Shown here: piece after piece, positions 19,810 to 29,288 of the stretch
Numbering within the stretch: position 1 is the stretch's first letter
Layout of the letters: each line of letters opens with the position of its first letter
From: Candidatus Vogelbacteria bacterium
Lineage (GTDB): Bacteria > Patescibacteriota > Minisyncoccia > Phycocordibacterales > XYD1-FULL-46-19
Assembly: GCA_023267075.1 (NCBI GenBank)
Contig: JAHFNY010000002.1
Coordinates: 1-46,411 of the forward strand
Direction: 5' to 3'
Length of the DNA: 46,411 nt
Program-made: the position numbers and the translations under genes
Notes under the pieces: model-generated
Seen by the model: only the letters and a program-made list of their open reading frames with translations
What the model was told of the DNA's origin: nothing
Databases searched by the model: none

Positions 19810-21462
19810 TTATACCTCAAGCATCTTCTTTAGCACATCTTCAGGAACTTCTGGTTTAGCCCCGACGTCGCTTCGCGAGTCGGGACCCCGACCTTGCGTC
19901 GGGGCTTCATTAGATTTTGGTACTTCAGGCTTGGGTTCAATCGTCTTTACTACCGCCGCGAGGGCCGCTTTTAAATCATTCTTAAATTGATCAGTCCCCG
20001 TCTTTTTAGCTGGGGCCAAGTCTTTAAGCGAGACAGTTTTAGCCGGTGGCGGGACCGGTTTAGGAGCCGGGGTCGGAGCGGGCTTAGATACTACGGGCGA
20101 GGCAGCAATAGGCGGTTTAGGAGCCACCGAAGGCGCACTAGGAGCTTTAGGCGGGGTAGCAACGGCCACAACCTCAGGCTGATGCCAATCTACAATTGTT
20201 TGTTCTACTAGCGCTCGCGGCTTGGCATAGTGCTCATGGGTATAGGCAATCACTTTATCCCGCTGAGAGGGTGAGGTAGTTACAATCGGCGGCAAGGTCG
20301 TGGCCGAGAAGGGCGGCGAGCCAACGCCATCAATCATCAAGCTCAAATAAATTTGAGTGAAGCCCAGATTGACCAAATCCTCTTGAGTAAAGGTGGGGAA
20401 GAAGACTTTCTCCAGTACCTCGGCATCAAAGGGACCAACCCGGAATGAGATTAATGTCCCGACGTTGCCAAAGACGGCATTGCGCACCTCTTCTTCCATC
20501 TGTTCAATATATTGATGGGCAATAGTAAGTGAGAGTTTATATTTACGCGCTTCTGATAAAATATTCTCAAAGGTTTTATTGGCGAAAGATTGGAACTCGT
20601 CTACATAAAGATAGAATGGCGGCAATTGCCGGAGCTCGGCCTCCGGCACATTAGAGCGCGACATCGCCGCTAGATAAATCTTAGTAATGAGCATGCCACC
20701 CAAGAGATTGGCATTTTGCTCCCCCACTCGGCCTTTGGACAAGTTGATCAGCAAAATTTTCTTCTTATCCATCACCTCGCGGAAGTCAAAACTAGACTTA
20801 CTCTGGCCGATCATATTCCGGATCAAGGGGTTAGAAGTAAATTGCCCCACTTTATTTTGAATCGCCGGCGTGGCCTCAGCGGCGAAGCGCTCGGTATATT
20901 TAGCAAATTCATCCACCCAAAAGGACTTTACCGCTGGGTCAGAAATATTGGCTACCACCTTCTCTCTAAACTTTTTATCGGCGAGCATTCGGTTTACCCC
21001 CAAGAGGGTTGAACCGGGATATTCTAACAACGCTAAAATCGTATTATTTAAAATGTATGCCATCCGAGCGCTCCAAGCATCCACCCAAATCTTCTCAAAG
21101 GTGCTCATTAGGCCACTCGCGACCAAGTGGCGCTGATCCTTACCCACATCCTCCATCACATTAAAAGCAATCGGATGATCAAGGTCAAAAGGCGCCAGAT
21201 AAATCACATCACGAACTCGCTCGGGTGGAATGAAGTCCAAAAGCTTTTCCACCACACTGCCATGCGGATCAATAAAGCACATTCCCTCACCATTTTTAAT
21301 ATCCTGAATTGCCAAGTTCTCCAGCAAGGTAGACTTACCCATACCCGTCTTGCCGATAATATACATGTGGCGCGAGCGATCTTCAGACTTAATGCCAAAA
21401 GGCATCTTCTTGCCCCGGAAATCGGTTTGGCCAAAATAATTAAGGTGCGGAGTAAACTCCAT
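19810..21462 (-). CDS. VirD4/TraD-like (type IV secretion coupling / FtsK-HerA superfamily) ATPase with a Pro-rich C-terminal tail
   Basis: Walker A IGKTGMGKS, IDPHG, Walker B YLYVDEFQ, SEARKY, AHQ, VFGNVGT. Confidence 0.85.
   Translation of the reverse strand: MEFTPHLNYFGQTDFRGKKMPFGIKSEDRSRHMYIIGKTGMGKSTLLENLAIQDIKNGEGMCFIDPHGSVVEKLLDFIPPERVRDVIYLAPFDLDHPIAFNVMEDVGKDQRHLVASGLMSTFEKIWVDAWSARMAYILNNTILALLEYPGSTLLGVNRMLADKKFREKVVANISDPAVKSFWVDEFAKYTERFAAEATPAIQNKVGQFTSNPLIRNMIGQSKSSFDFREVMDKKKILLINLSKGRVGEQNANLLGGMLITKIYLAAMSRSNVPEAELRQLPPFYLYVDEFQSFANKTFENILSEARKYKLSLTIAHQYIEQMEEEVRNAVFGNVGTLISFRVGPFDAEVLEKVFFPTFTQEDLVNLGFTQIYLSLMIDGVGSPPFSATTLPPIVTTSPSQRDKVIAYTHEHYAKPRALVEQTIVDWHQPEVVAVATPPKAPSAPSVAPKPPIAASPVVSKPAPTPAPKPVPPPAKTVSLKDLAPAKKTGTDQFKNDLKAALAAVVKTIEPKPEVPKSNEAPTQGRGPDSRSDVGAKPEVPEDVLKKMLEV
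19859..19905. repeat. 47-nt palindromic element inside the ATPase 3' end
   Basis: gccccgacg...cgtcggggc 9-bp terminal inverted repeat with an internal gtcggg-ac-cccgac inverted repeat; translated as APTQGRGPDSRSDVGA. Confidence 0.65.
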
Positions 21463-21471
21463 ACTTCTATT

Positions 21472-22629
21472 TTACTCTAATTTAAACGCAGCGCGAGTGT
21501 ATAGATTCTTGGGATCCCACATCATCCAACTAGTGAGACCCACGTCATAGGTAGCTTTAATCTGATCATCAATCATTGCCGCCGTATAATCAGCGCCAAG
21601 ATTAAAATCTTGAAGCCACGGCCGGAGCTTGAGCGGACTAGAACTGGCGGCCACCGCTCGCGCTACCGCGCTCGCCATAGAAATTTTAATCACCTCATAA
21701 GGATTAGCGGCCGGATTCTTAAAATTATTCCAACCAGTCGGCCAGTGGGACGGGTAAACCATCGGTGAGACATAATCAAAGTAGGGCAGAGTATTCTCCA
21801 GCACTTGGCCAATGCCTAAATCATCGGTATTAGTGGTCGTCATACCAAACAAATCGACCGAAGTCTTCATCCCAGTATTAACCAACTGACTGTGTAAATA
21901 ACTGAAGAAACTTTTCAACATTTCCGCTTTGGTGGATGTGCCAATAGTGAAGGTATAAAGCGCGTCGGCCATATTGCCATCAGACGGGTAGCGGACGTAA
22001 TCAAAATTAATTTCATCAAAGCCGAGAGTATAAGAATCTTTAGCTAAACTAGTGATGTAATCCCAATACGGCTTGGCCCCCACATCAATAAATGAGAGGC
22101 CCTTGCGATCCTTCCACACGCCACCCGTACTTTTACTCTTCACCGCCAATTCTGGATGGAGCTTGGTGTAGAGCGGATCTTGAAAGACGGCAATCCGACC
22201 AATCACGTAAATATGATTAGTGTGTAACTCCCGGATAAAATCACCTAAATCTTTAGCCACACAGCTAGCCCCCGCCGCAGATTGGAGTTTAGGATCGCCA
22301 AAAGAAATGGAGCCAGAATAATCTTTAATATCAATCACCACAGCATTAAGCTCCGTTGTCCTAATAAAATTTTGTAAATCCTCTCGCCAATGCGGCGTGG
22401 CCGCCACACACGCCGTCATATAAATAGCTTTAAGCGGCTCGGGAGTAATAATATGCGAGACGGGCGGTGGTAAATTAATTTGACCGGTGGTAGAAGAAAC
22501 TGCTGCCACATTAGGCGATTGATATTCAAATGGGTCTGCAAAAACCGTCCAAGCAAAAAAACCAATCACTAGCACTAAAGCTAAAATGATAATGAGTAAA
22601 AATAATTTGGCTTGAAGCCGCTTAGGCAT
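21472..22629 (-). CDS. Putative glycoside hydrolase (DUF4015-like), membrane-anchored
   Basis: N-terminal TM; NAVVIDIKD, RIAVFQDP, GFDEINFDYVRYP, PMVYPSH, RPWLQDF. Confidence 0.78.
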   Translation of the reverse strand: MPKRLQAKLFLLIIILALVLVIGFFAWTVFADPFEYQSPNVAAVSSTTGQINLPPPVSHIITPEPLKAIYMTACVAATPHWREDLQNFIRTTELNAVVIDIKDYSGSISFGDPKLQSAAGASCVAKDLGDFIRELHTNHIYVIGRIAVFQDPLYTKLHPELAVKSKSTGGVWKDRKGLSFIDVGAKPYWDYITSLAKDSYTLGFDEINFDYVRYPSDGNMADALYTFTIGTSTKAEMLKSFFSYLHSQLVNTGMKTSVDLFGMTTTNTDDLGIGQVLENTLPYFDYVSPMVYPSHWPTGWNNFKNPAANPYEVIKISMASAVARAVAASSSPLKLRPWLQDFNLGADYTAAMIDDQIKATYDVGLTSWMMWDPKNLYTRAAFKLE

Positions 22630-22854
22630 TTAGGGATGTGGTGGGGTTGGTGGTAAATCGGGAATGGGAGTGACATTGGTACCGCGCGAGCGACTACCAG
22701 CAAAACCAAGGAGCATAATCACTAATCCCAACACTAAATACAGCAAACGATCAAATTTCCCCGGGAAACCAGAAAAAAGCGCGAGGAGAAATACCACTCC
22801 GCCCAAAATGGCCGTTGCCCGATTGCGCCACAGCGCTTGACGTAAATTCATCAT
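22630..22854 (-). CDS. Small two-TM hypothetical protein
   Basis: MMNLRQALWRN followed by two hydrophobic helices; fills the gap between murC and the hydrolase exactly. Confidence 0.6.
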   Translation of the reverse strand: MMNLRQALWRNRATAILGGVVFLLALFSGFPGKFDRLLYLVLGLVIMLLGFAGSRSRGTNVTPIPDLPPTPPHP

Positions 22855-22855
22855 C

Positions 22856-24169
22856 CTATGATAACAGAGCGTCGGCAACGTCGCAAACATTGCCCGCGCC
22901 AATAGTAATAACTAAATCATCCGGTTTAAGTTCTTCTTTAAGTACCGTAGGAATAACCTTCAAATCAAGGGCGCGAGCGGGGGTAAAATGATTGATAGCG
23001 GTGGCTAAAACTTCATGAGAAATAGTTGGATCAATTGGCTCGCGAGCGGCGTAAATGGGCGCCACTATCACCTCACTCGCATCTTTAAAGCTCTCGGCAA
23101 ACTGGGTCAAAAGCAATTTAGTCCGCGAGTATAAGTGGGGTTGGAAAACGGCAATGATTCGCTTGTTGGGGAACTTCTCCTTCGCCGCGGCAAGTGTGGC
23201 TTTAATCTCGGTGGGATGATGAGCATAGTCATCGTAAACCAATGCTCCGCCTAATTCCCCTTTAAACTCAAACCGCCGCCAGGTGCCTTTGAACTTGTTC
23301 AAGGCTTGGACCGCGACATCAATGCTTATTCCTAAAGTTTGGGCCGCGGCCAAGGCCGCTTGAGCATTAAGAATATTATGGGCCCCAGGCACGAGTAAAT
23401 TTAAATTTTTAGTGTTTTCTAATTTGTAATCTATTACTTTACATTTAGCGGCGGCGGCAACCGAGCTTACATTCGGCAAAGACTGATCGCAAATTAAATA
23501 ACCGTCGGCCGGAACTTTCTGGACCAAGGCAATAAACGCACTTTGGATATCCGCCAAATCTTTATAATAATCCAGATGATCATTATCAATATTGGTAATG
23601 ACTAAAATTTGGGGTGATAAATTTAAGAAGGAACGCCGCCACTCACAAGCCTCGGCAATTAAAAGATCACCCGTGCCGGCAATAAAATTGGTCCTCTTAT
23701 TATTCTCATCAAACATAAAGCTCCCCACCACCACCGTTGGATCCAAGTTAGCGGCGAGCGCGATCTGGGCAATCATGGCGGTAGTCGTCGTTTTACCGTG
23801 AGTACCAGCAATTGCGACCGTTTTCTTGGTTTGAGAAATTTGCCCCAGCGCCTCGGGATAAGTCATCATTGGCACACCCAACTGCTCGGCCGCCTGGCGC
23901 TCAGGGTTATCGGCCGGGATGGCGATGGTGTAAATAACAAGTTCAGTATCGGGAAGTAAGTTTTCAGCTCTATGACCAATGTGGACTTTTATCCCATATT
24001 TTTCTAATTCATCAGTAACTAAGCTCTGATTTTGATCTGAACCAGTAATTCGCATCCCTGCTTCGCCAAGGCTACGCAGGGCAAGCATCCTGGCAATCGC
24101 CGAAACCCCAATCCCCCCAATCCCAATAAAATGGACTTTTTTAATATTGTGTAAATTAATTTCTAACAT
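22856..24169 (-). CDS. murC: UDP-N-acetylmuramate--L-alanine ligase
   Basis: HFIGIGGIGVSA, GTHGKTTTT, TNIDNDHLDYY, DDYAHHPTE, FQPHLYSRT, GAG. Confidence 0.96.
   Translation of the reverse strand: MLEINLHNIKKVHFIGIGGIGVSAIARMLALRSLGEAGMRITGSDQNQSLVTDELEKYGIKVHIGHRAENLLPDTELVIYTIAIPADNPERQAAEQLGVPMMTYPEALGQISQTKKTVAIAGTHGKTTTTAMIAQIALAANLDPTVVVGSFMFDENNKRTNFIAGTGDLLIAEACEWRRSFLNLSPQILVITNIDNDHLDYYKDLADIQSAFIALVQKVPADGYLICDQSLPNVSSVAAAAKCKVIDYKLENTKNLNLLVPGAHNILNAQAALAAAQTLGISIDVAVQALNKFKGTWRRFEFKGELGGALVYDDYAHHPTEIKATLAAAKEKFPNKRIIAVFQPHLYSRTKLLLTQFAESFKDASEVIVAPIYAAREPIDPTISHEVLATAINHFTPARALDLKVIPTVLKEELKPDDLVITIGAGNVCDVADALLS
24056..24085. repeat. Palindromic element inside murC
   Basis: ccctgc-ttcgccaaggctac-gcaggg hairpin; reads LALRSLGEAG and lengthens the segment between ARM and GSD. 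Confidence 0.6.
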
Positions 24170-24668
24170 ACTTAAGATAATTTCTTATTATACTGGACTC
24201 GTCTAAATCACTCCGCCCATACTTTTTTCCTTGTTCAACAAAAATATTTTCTAAAGTCTCTGGCGCAATCCACTTAATTTCACTCTTTGATTCTACTTCA
24301 TCTTTATCTCGACTTTCTGGATCAAGACTTGTCATCTTAACGTGAAAGTAGAGCGTCGTTTTTTCTACTTCCACCTTACTTACTCGCAAAGGAAAATGAG
24401 ATTTAATTGACCCAAGATATGCCTTCACTTCTCCCGCCGCACCAAATTCTTCTTTCAATCCTCGCAAAACTGTCGTTTCTAGTGCCTCTCCTGATTCTAT
24501 TGATTCTCTCATCAGCAACCAGAGATCGCTCTTTTTTTCTGTCTCAATTGGCAAATCATCTTTTTTATAAAAATGAACACAAATTAATCCCTCATCATTA
24601 GTAAGCACCGCTCCTACCGAAACATGGAACGGGAACTCCTTGGTAGCTTTAGTAATACTTACACTCAT
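24156..24668 (-). CDS. NUDIX-domain protein
   Basis: Degenerate Nudix box ESIESGEALETTVLRGLKEEFG preceded by SVGAVL. Confidence 0.75.
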   Translation of the reverse strand: MSVSITKATKEFPFHVSVGAVLTNDEGLICVHFYKKDDLPIETEKKSDLWLLMRESIESGEALETTVLRGLKEEFGAAGEVKAYLGSIKSHFPLRVSKVEVEKTTLYFHVKMTSLDPESRDKDEVESKSEIKWIAPETLENIFVEQGKKYGRSDLDESSIIRNYLKYVRN

Positions 24669-25996
24669 TTTAATTTCCTCACCAATTTATTAAACTGGTC
24701 ACCGCGGTCGAATTCATTCTGGAAAAGGCCAAAGGAAGCGGCGCCAGGGGAAAGTAGAATCAAGTCGCCGCGTTTGGCTAGGCCCTGAGCTTGCCGAAGG
24801 GCTAATTTCATATTATCCACCATAATCACCGGAAACTTTTTTTTCAACGGCTTGCCTGCCGGCGAGGCAGGTAGAGTAACAAGAATTTTTTTAGTCGCCG
24901 TACCCTCAAATAAAATCAAACCTTTGAGATATTTGGGCACAATTTGGCCATAGCGAGTATAATCTAATTCTTTATCTGTCCCGCCACCAATTAAAATAAT
25001 TTTACCCTTAAATTGCTTCAACGCATGAACTGCTGCCAGCACGGCGTCGGGTGTGGTGGCCGTGGTGTCATTGTAATATTTAATCCCCTTTACCTCTCTA
25101 ATAAATTCCAATCGCCCCGGTAAACCTTTAAAGTTTTTAACCGCCTTTTTAATTACCGAGTCAGACACTCCTAAAACTTTAGCCGCCGTACTGGCCAAGA
25201 CGGCATTATACTCTCGATGCTGACCGGCCAAGAGTGATTGCTTGGGGATTATTAACTTACCTTTTGGCTTCAAACTTTTTACTTTTTTAGCCACCTGACT
25301 ACCAGCAATTAATACATCTTCTTTAGTTTGATGAATAAAAATATTGGCTTTATCGGCAAAATATCTTTCCATATCTCCATGATAGTAATTTAAGTGATCC
25401 ACCATGAAAGTGGTGAAAACAGATAGATGCGGACTAATTTTATTATCGCCAAAGCTCTGCAATTGCCACGAGTCTAGCTCCATCACCACGTAATCACCTT
25501 TTTTAATTTTTTTTAATAACGGCAAAGTGGCTGTCCCTCGCACATTCCCGGCCAAGTACACTTTCTTTTTAGCTTGTTTTAAAATCTCAAACAATAAGTG
25601 CGTCACCGTACTTTTACCCCGGGTGCCAGTGATGCCAATAATTTTTACCCCCACTGGAGCGAGTCTACAGAAGAGCGAGGCATCTTGCTCGACTTCAATT
25701 TTATTCTTCTCCGCTTCTTTAAGATAAATAGAATCAAGCGGAACATTCGGCGCCCGAACAATTAAATCTTTATTTCTAAAATCTTCTAACCGATGCTCGC
25801 CCAAGTGGTAGGTAATAGCTTTTAGCTTCTTTAGCTGATTCAAAGCAGGAGCAAGCTCTTTTTCAGTCTTTAAATCCGTCACAGTTAAAATCGCTCCCTG
25901 TTCCGCCAAGAATTTGATTACCCCAATCCCCCGGCCGAGGAGCCCCAGGCCCATCACCGTCACCTTTTTGCCCTTAAAGTAGCCTTGCCAAGTCAT
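24665..25996 (-). CDS. murD: UDP-N-acetylmuramoyl-L-alanine--D-glutamate ligase
   Basis: VMGLGLLG, ITGTRGKST, ELDSWQL, DHLNYY, YNDTTAT, GGTDK, LLSPGAASFGLFQNEFDRG. Start is 25996 or 26005. Confidence 0.95.
   Translation of the reverse strand: MTWQGYFKGKKVTVMGLGLLGRGIGVIKFLAEQGAILTVTDLKTEKELAPALNQLKKLKAITYHLGEHRLEDFRNKDLIVRAPNVPLDSIYLKEAEKNKIEVEQDASLFCRLAPVGVKIIGITGTRGKSTVTHLLFEILKQAKKKVYLAGNVRGTATLPLLKKIKKGDYVVMELDSWQLQSFGDNKISPHLSVFTTFMVDHLNYYHGDMERYFADKANIFIHQTKEDVLIAGSQVAKKVKSLKPKGKLIIPKQSLLAGQHREYNAVLASTAAKVLGVSDSVIKKAVKNFKGLPGRLEFIREVKGIKYYNDTTATTPDAVLAAVHALKQFKGKIILIGGGTDKELDYTRYGQIVPKYLKGLILFEGTATKKILVTLPASPAGKPLKKKFPVIMVDNMKLALRQAQGLAKRGDLILLSPGAASFGLFQNEFDRGDQFNKLVRKLK
24851..24871. 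repeat. 21-nt GC-rich palindromic element, copy 2 (in murD)
   Basis: cttgcctgccggcgaggcagg; translated as LPASPAGK. Confidence 0.85.
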
Positions 25997-26040
25997 CCCC
26001 GCCATTTTAGCAGAAAGGCCTTTTAGGGCATAATATAAGG

Positions 26041-26649
26041 GTGAGCTGGCTAATCCCCTTAATTGAGCATTATCGCTATCTAATCCTCTTCCCCATCGCC
26101 GCTATTGAGGGCCCAGTGGTGGCACTCGTGGTGGGCTTTTTAATCTCCCTTGGTTATTTAAGTTTTATCCCGGCTTATCTTATTCTCGTTTTAGGCGATA
26201 TTATCCCTGACAGTATTTATTATTACCTTGGCCGTTTTGGCAATGAGCGAGCTTTGGTAAAAAAATATTTCTCCGGTGAAGGTTTCCTCGCCGGTCATCT
26301 CCAAGCGGTCGAGAAATTGTGGCATCATCACGGTGGCAAGACCATGTTCTTCAGCAAGCTGGCGTATGGCTTAAGCACGCCATTTTTAATTAGCGCTGGC
26401 CTCGCCAAATTGCCAGTAAAAAAGTTTTTTACTTACGCTCTGCCGGTTACCTTTGGTCAATATTTGGTTCTTTTAACTATTGGCTATTTTTTTGGTAGTT
26501 CCTACCAAAAGTTTGCTGATTACTTCACTTCTTTTGGTTTAATTATTGCCGGCTTAGGAATTTTAATTGTTCTCTATCTCCTCTTTTCCCGTTATGCCCG
26601 GCGCGAGATCATTAAACTGGAAGAAGGAGAAGAGAAAGTATCATTATGA
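26041..26649 (+). CDS. DedA/VTT-family membrane protein
   Basis: IEGP, GDIIPDSIYYYLGRFG, SKLAYG, ISAGLAK. Confidence 0.85.
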   Translation: MSWLIPLIEHYRYLILFPIAAIEGPVVALVVGFLISLGYLSFIPAYLILVLGDIIPDSIYYYLGRFGNERALVKKYFSGEGFLAGHLQAVEKLWHHHGGKTMFFSKLAYGLSTPFLISAGLAKLPVKKFFTYALPVTFGQYLVLLTIGYFFGSSYQKFADYFTSFGLIIAGLGILIVLYLLFSRYARREIIKLEEGEEKVSL

Positions 26650-27839
26650 AAATTGTTATTGCGAGCGACAATTTTTATCCTGAACTCTCTGGCATTACCG
26701 ATTCCCTGGTCCTCTCGATTAAAACTTTAACTGCTCGTGGGCACCAAGTATTAGTCCTCGCCCCTCGCTACGCTCGGGGTGATTATGAGAAAGTTAATTT
26801 GAAAGAGGAAGAATTAACCCTGCCTAATCTCACAGTCTGCCGTTTGCCGAGCGTCATTTTCCCCGGCTCGGCCACCGGCCAGAGCCGGATTGCCCTCCCT
26901 CTTGGCCGCGGCTATCAGGCGATTAAAAAGTTTGCCCCTGATATTATCCATACTCACTCCCCGTTTGGCGCCGGACTAGAAGCGCTGGTCGCGGCCAAAA
27001 AATTAAAAATTCCTTTGATTGGGACCAATCACACTCCCATTGCCGAATTCATGGCTTATAGTCCCCTTAACTTTAATTGGCTCACGGGCGCGATGTGCCG
27101 TTATTTCTCGTGGTATTACAATCAATGCTATTTCGTCTCGGCCCCAAGCCAGGCCTTATTAGATGAGATGGCAAAGTCTGGCTTCAAGCAAAAGTCGGCC
27201 CCCATCTCCAACCCCATTAATGTGTCCGGCTTTAAACCGGCAGCGAGCCCGAGCGACAAGCAAGCATTGAAAAAACTTTTCAAATTATCCGAGAAAACGG
27301 TTCTCTACACCGGTCGGCTCGCCGCCGAGAAGCACGTAGATGTAATTATTAAAGCGATGGTTAAAGTGAAAGCGGCCGTACCAGAGATAACACTCGCCCT
27401 CACCGGTCATGGCGCGGCCGAAACCAGTTTAAAAGATTTAACCAAGCAACTAGACCTAGAAACAATCGTTAGATTCTTCGGCTTTGTTAGCCCTAGTGAT
27501 TTAAAAGCCTTGTATCAAGCGAGTGACATCTTCACCATTATGAGCACCGCCGAGTCACAGAGCTTGAGTTTATTCCAGGCTTTCGCCTCTGGCTTGCCGG
27601 TCATCGGCGCCCGGGCCAGAGCTTTGCCAGAATATATTAATCACGATAATGGCTATTTAGTGGAACCAGGCGACGATCAAGCGCTAGCCGAGATAATTAT
27701 TAAACTGGCGACTGATCCGGTCCTTGCCACCCGTTTGGGTGAAAACGGCTTACACGCCAGCGAGCGCTTCTCACCGGTAGAGATTACTAATCAGTGGGAA
27801 AAGCTTTATAATGAAACAGCCCAAAATTATGGACACTAA
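26646..27839 (+). CDS. Glycosyltransferase family 4 (diacylglycerol glycosyltransferase-like)
   Basis: SDNFYPELSGI, IIHTHSPF, TNHT, GRLAAEKH, ESQSLSLFQAFASGLPV. Confidence 0.85.
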   Translation: MKIVIASDNFYPELSGITDSLVLSIKTLTARGHQVLVLAPRYARGDYEKVNLKEEELTLPNLTVCRLPSVIFPGSATGQSRIALPLGRGYQAIKKFAPDIIHTHSPFGAGLEALVAAKKLKIPLIGTNHTPIAEFMAYSPLNFNWLTGAMCRYFSWYYNQCYFVSAPSQALLDEMAKSGFKQKSAPISNPINVSGFKPAASPSDKQALKKLFKLSEKTVLYTGRLAAEKHVDVIIKAMVKVKAAVPEITLALTGHGAAETSLKDLTKQLDLETIVRFFGFVSPSDLKALYQASDIFTIMSTAESQSLSLFQAFASGLPVIGARARALPEYINHDNGYLVEPGDDQALAEIIIKLATDPVLATRLGENGLHASERFSPVEITNQWEKLYNETAQNYGH

Positions 27840-28551
27840 ACCTAAAATTAGTTTGATCATTCCGGCATATAATGAAGAAAAATATTTAGGCAGTTGTCTT
27901 GAACATGCTCTTAAAAATGGCGGGAGTGATTTCTTTGAGATTATAGTGATTGATAATGCGAGCACCGATCAAACCGCGACGATTGCCAGTAATTACCCGC
28001 AAGTACGGGTAGTGCGAGAAGATTGGAAAGGTCTTACCCGGGCCCGTGAGCGCGGGCTTAAAGAGGCGAGGGGCGAGATTTTAGCTTATCTTGATGCTGA
28101 CACCCATCTTCCTCCCGGTTGGACCAAAACGGCCATAAAAGAATTCAACCAGAATCCTAAATTAGTGGCTTTAAGCGGTCCATATACTTATTATGACTTC
28201 CCCCGCACCCAGCAAATTTGGATCAAATTATATTGGTTTGCGGCCACGGTGATGTATTGGTTTACTGGCTATATGTTGGTGGGTGGTAACTTTTTGATCA
28301 AGAAAGAAGTGTTGGAAAAAATGAGTGGCTTTAACACCAAGATAGAGTTCTACGGTGAGGACACTGATCTCGCTCGACGCGCCAGCAAATATGGTAAAGT
28401 GAAGTTTAATTTAAAGTTAATTATGCCCACTTCCGCTCGCCGATTAAAAGGCCAAGGGACGCTGAAAACCGCTTATTTTTATTTTATCAATTTTATCTCT
28501 CAAGTAGTGCTCCATCGCTCTACCACCAAAGATTATGCCGACCTCCGCTAA
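27829..28551 (+). CDS. Glycosyltransferase family 2
   Basis: IIPAYNEE, DNASTD, LDAD, YGEDTDL, TSARR. Confidence 0.88.
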   Translation: MDTKPKISLIIPAYNEEKYLGSCLEHALKNGGSDFFEIIVIDNASTDQTATIASNYPQVRVVREDWKGLTRARERGLKEARGEILAYLDADTHLPPGWTKTAIKEFNQNPKLVALSGPYTYYDFPRTQQIWIKLYWFAATVMYWFTGYMLVGGNFLIKKEVLEKMSGFNTKIEFYGEDTDLARRASKYGKVKFNLKLIMPTSARRLKGQGTLKTAYFYFINFISQVVLHRSTTKDYADLR

Positions 28552-29170
28552 ACCCTGGCTCAATAAAGATTATTGGTTTGCCTTCTGGAGTGGGCTCATC
28601 TTCTTAATCGGTAGCTTGGTGGCTAATTATTATGCCAATCTCTACGCCATAGAGCGGGCCAGTAATCCAGTAACTGATATTATCTTAAGTAATACTCGCG
28701 CCTTTGATCTTGATGGCTTATTTATCTACGGCGCTTTCGGCTTGGTGGGTTTAATTACCATCCTAGGTCTAATTAAAATCCAACGCCTCCCATTTATTTT
28801 AAAAAGTGTGGCCCTCTTCGTTATCATCCGCTCGGTCTTTATCTCGCTTACCCATATTGGTATTTACCCCACCCATGCCGTGCTTGATCTTAATCCTTTC
28901 AGTCTGTTATTAAATAAATTTGCTCTGGGGGGTGATCTCTTCTTCTCTGGTCATACCGGACTCCCCTTTTTAATGGGGCTCATCTTTTGGGATAAAATTT
29001 ATTTACGTTACTTATTTATCTTTCTCTCCATTCTCTTTGGTACAGTCGTCCTCCTCGCCCACCTCCACTACTCCATTGACGTCCTGGCCGCCTTCTTCAT
29101 TACTTACTCTATTTACCACCTCGCCCGCCACTTCTTCCCCTTTGAGCTAAAACTGTTTCAAGAGGAGTAA
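28535..29170 (+). CDS. PAP2-superfamily / sphingomyelin-synthase-like phosphotransferase
   Basis: Multi-TM; GGDLFFSGHT and HLHYSIDV match the SMS/IPC-synthase-type catalytic motifs. Confidence 0.78.
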   Translation: MPTSAKPWLNKDYWFAFWSGLIFLIGSLVANYYANLYAIERASNPVTDIILSNTRAFDLDGLFIYGAFGLVGLITILGLIKIQRLPFILKSVALFVIIRSVFISLTHIGIYPTHAVLDLNPFSLLLNKFALGGDLFFSGHTGLPFLMGLIFWDKIYLRYLFIFLSILFGTVVLLAHLHYSIDVLAAFFITYSIYHLARHFFPFELKLFQEE

Positions 29171-29173
29171 GTG

Positions 29174-29201
29174 TTGATTTTTGAAGAAACTTTGTTATAG
29201 T
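29174..29201 (+). promoter_or_regulatory. Sigma70-type promoter of tRNA-Ile
   Basis: TTGATT, 16-nt spacer, TATAGT with an extended TG; lies 13 nt upstream of the tRNA. Confidence 0.65.
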
Positions 29202-29214
29202 CTGAAGGTTATTT

Positions 29215-29288
29215 GCGTGTGTAGCTCAGCTGGTTAGAGCACGTCACTGATAATGACGAGGCCGTAGGTTCGAGTCCTACCACACGCA
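29215..29288 (+). tRNA. tRNA-Ile (GAT); CCA not encoded
   Basis: Cloverleaf: acceptor GCGTGTG/CACACGC, D arm GCTC/GAGC, anticodon arm CGTCA-CTGATAA-TGACG, T arm GTAGG-TTCGAGT-CCTAC; discriminator A followed by CCG. Confidence 0.97.

Noticed and set aside
19810..21462. ATPase as evidence of a conjugative element at this position
   Set aside because: No relaxase, mating-pair genes or integrase lie nearby and the composition is host-like. Such ATPases are common chromosomal genes in CPR.
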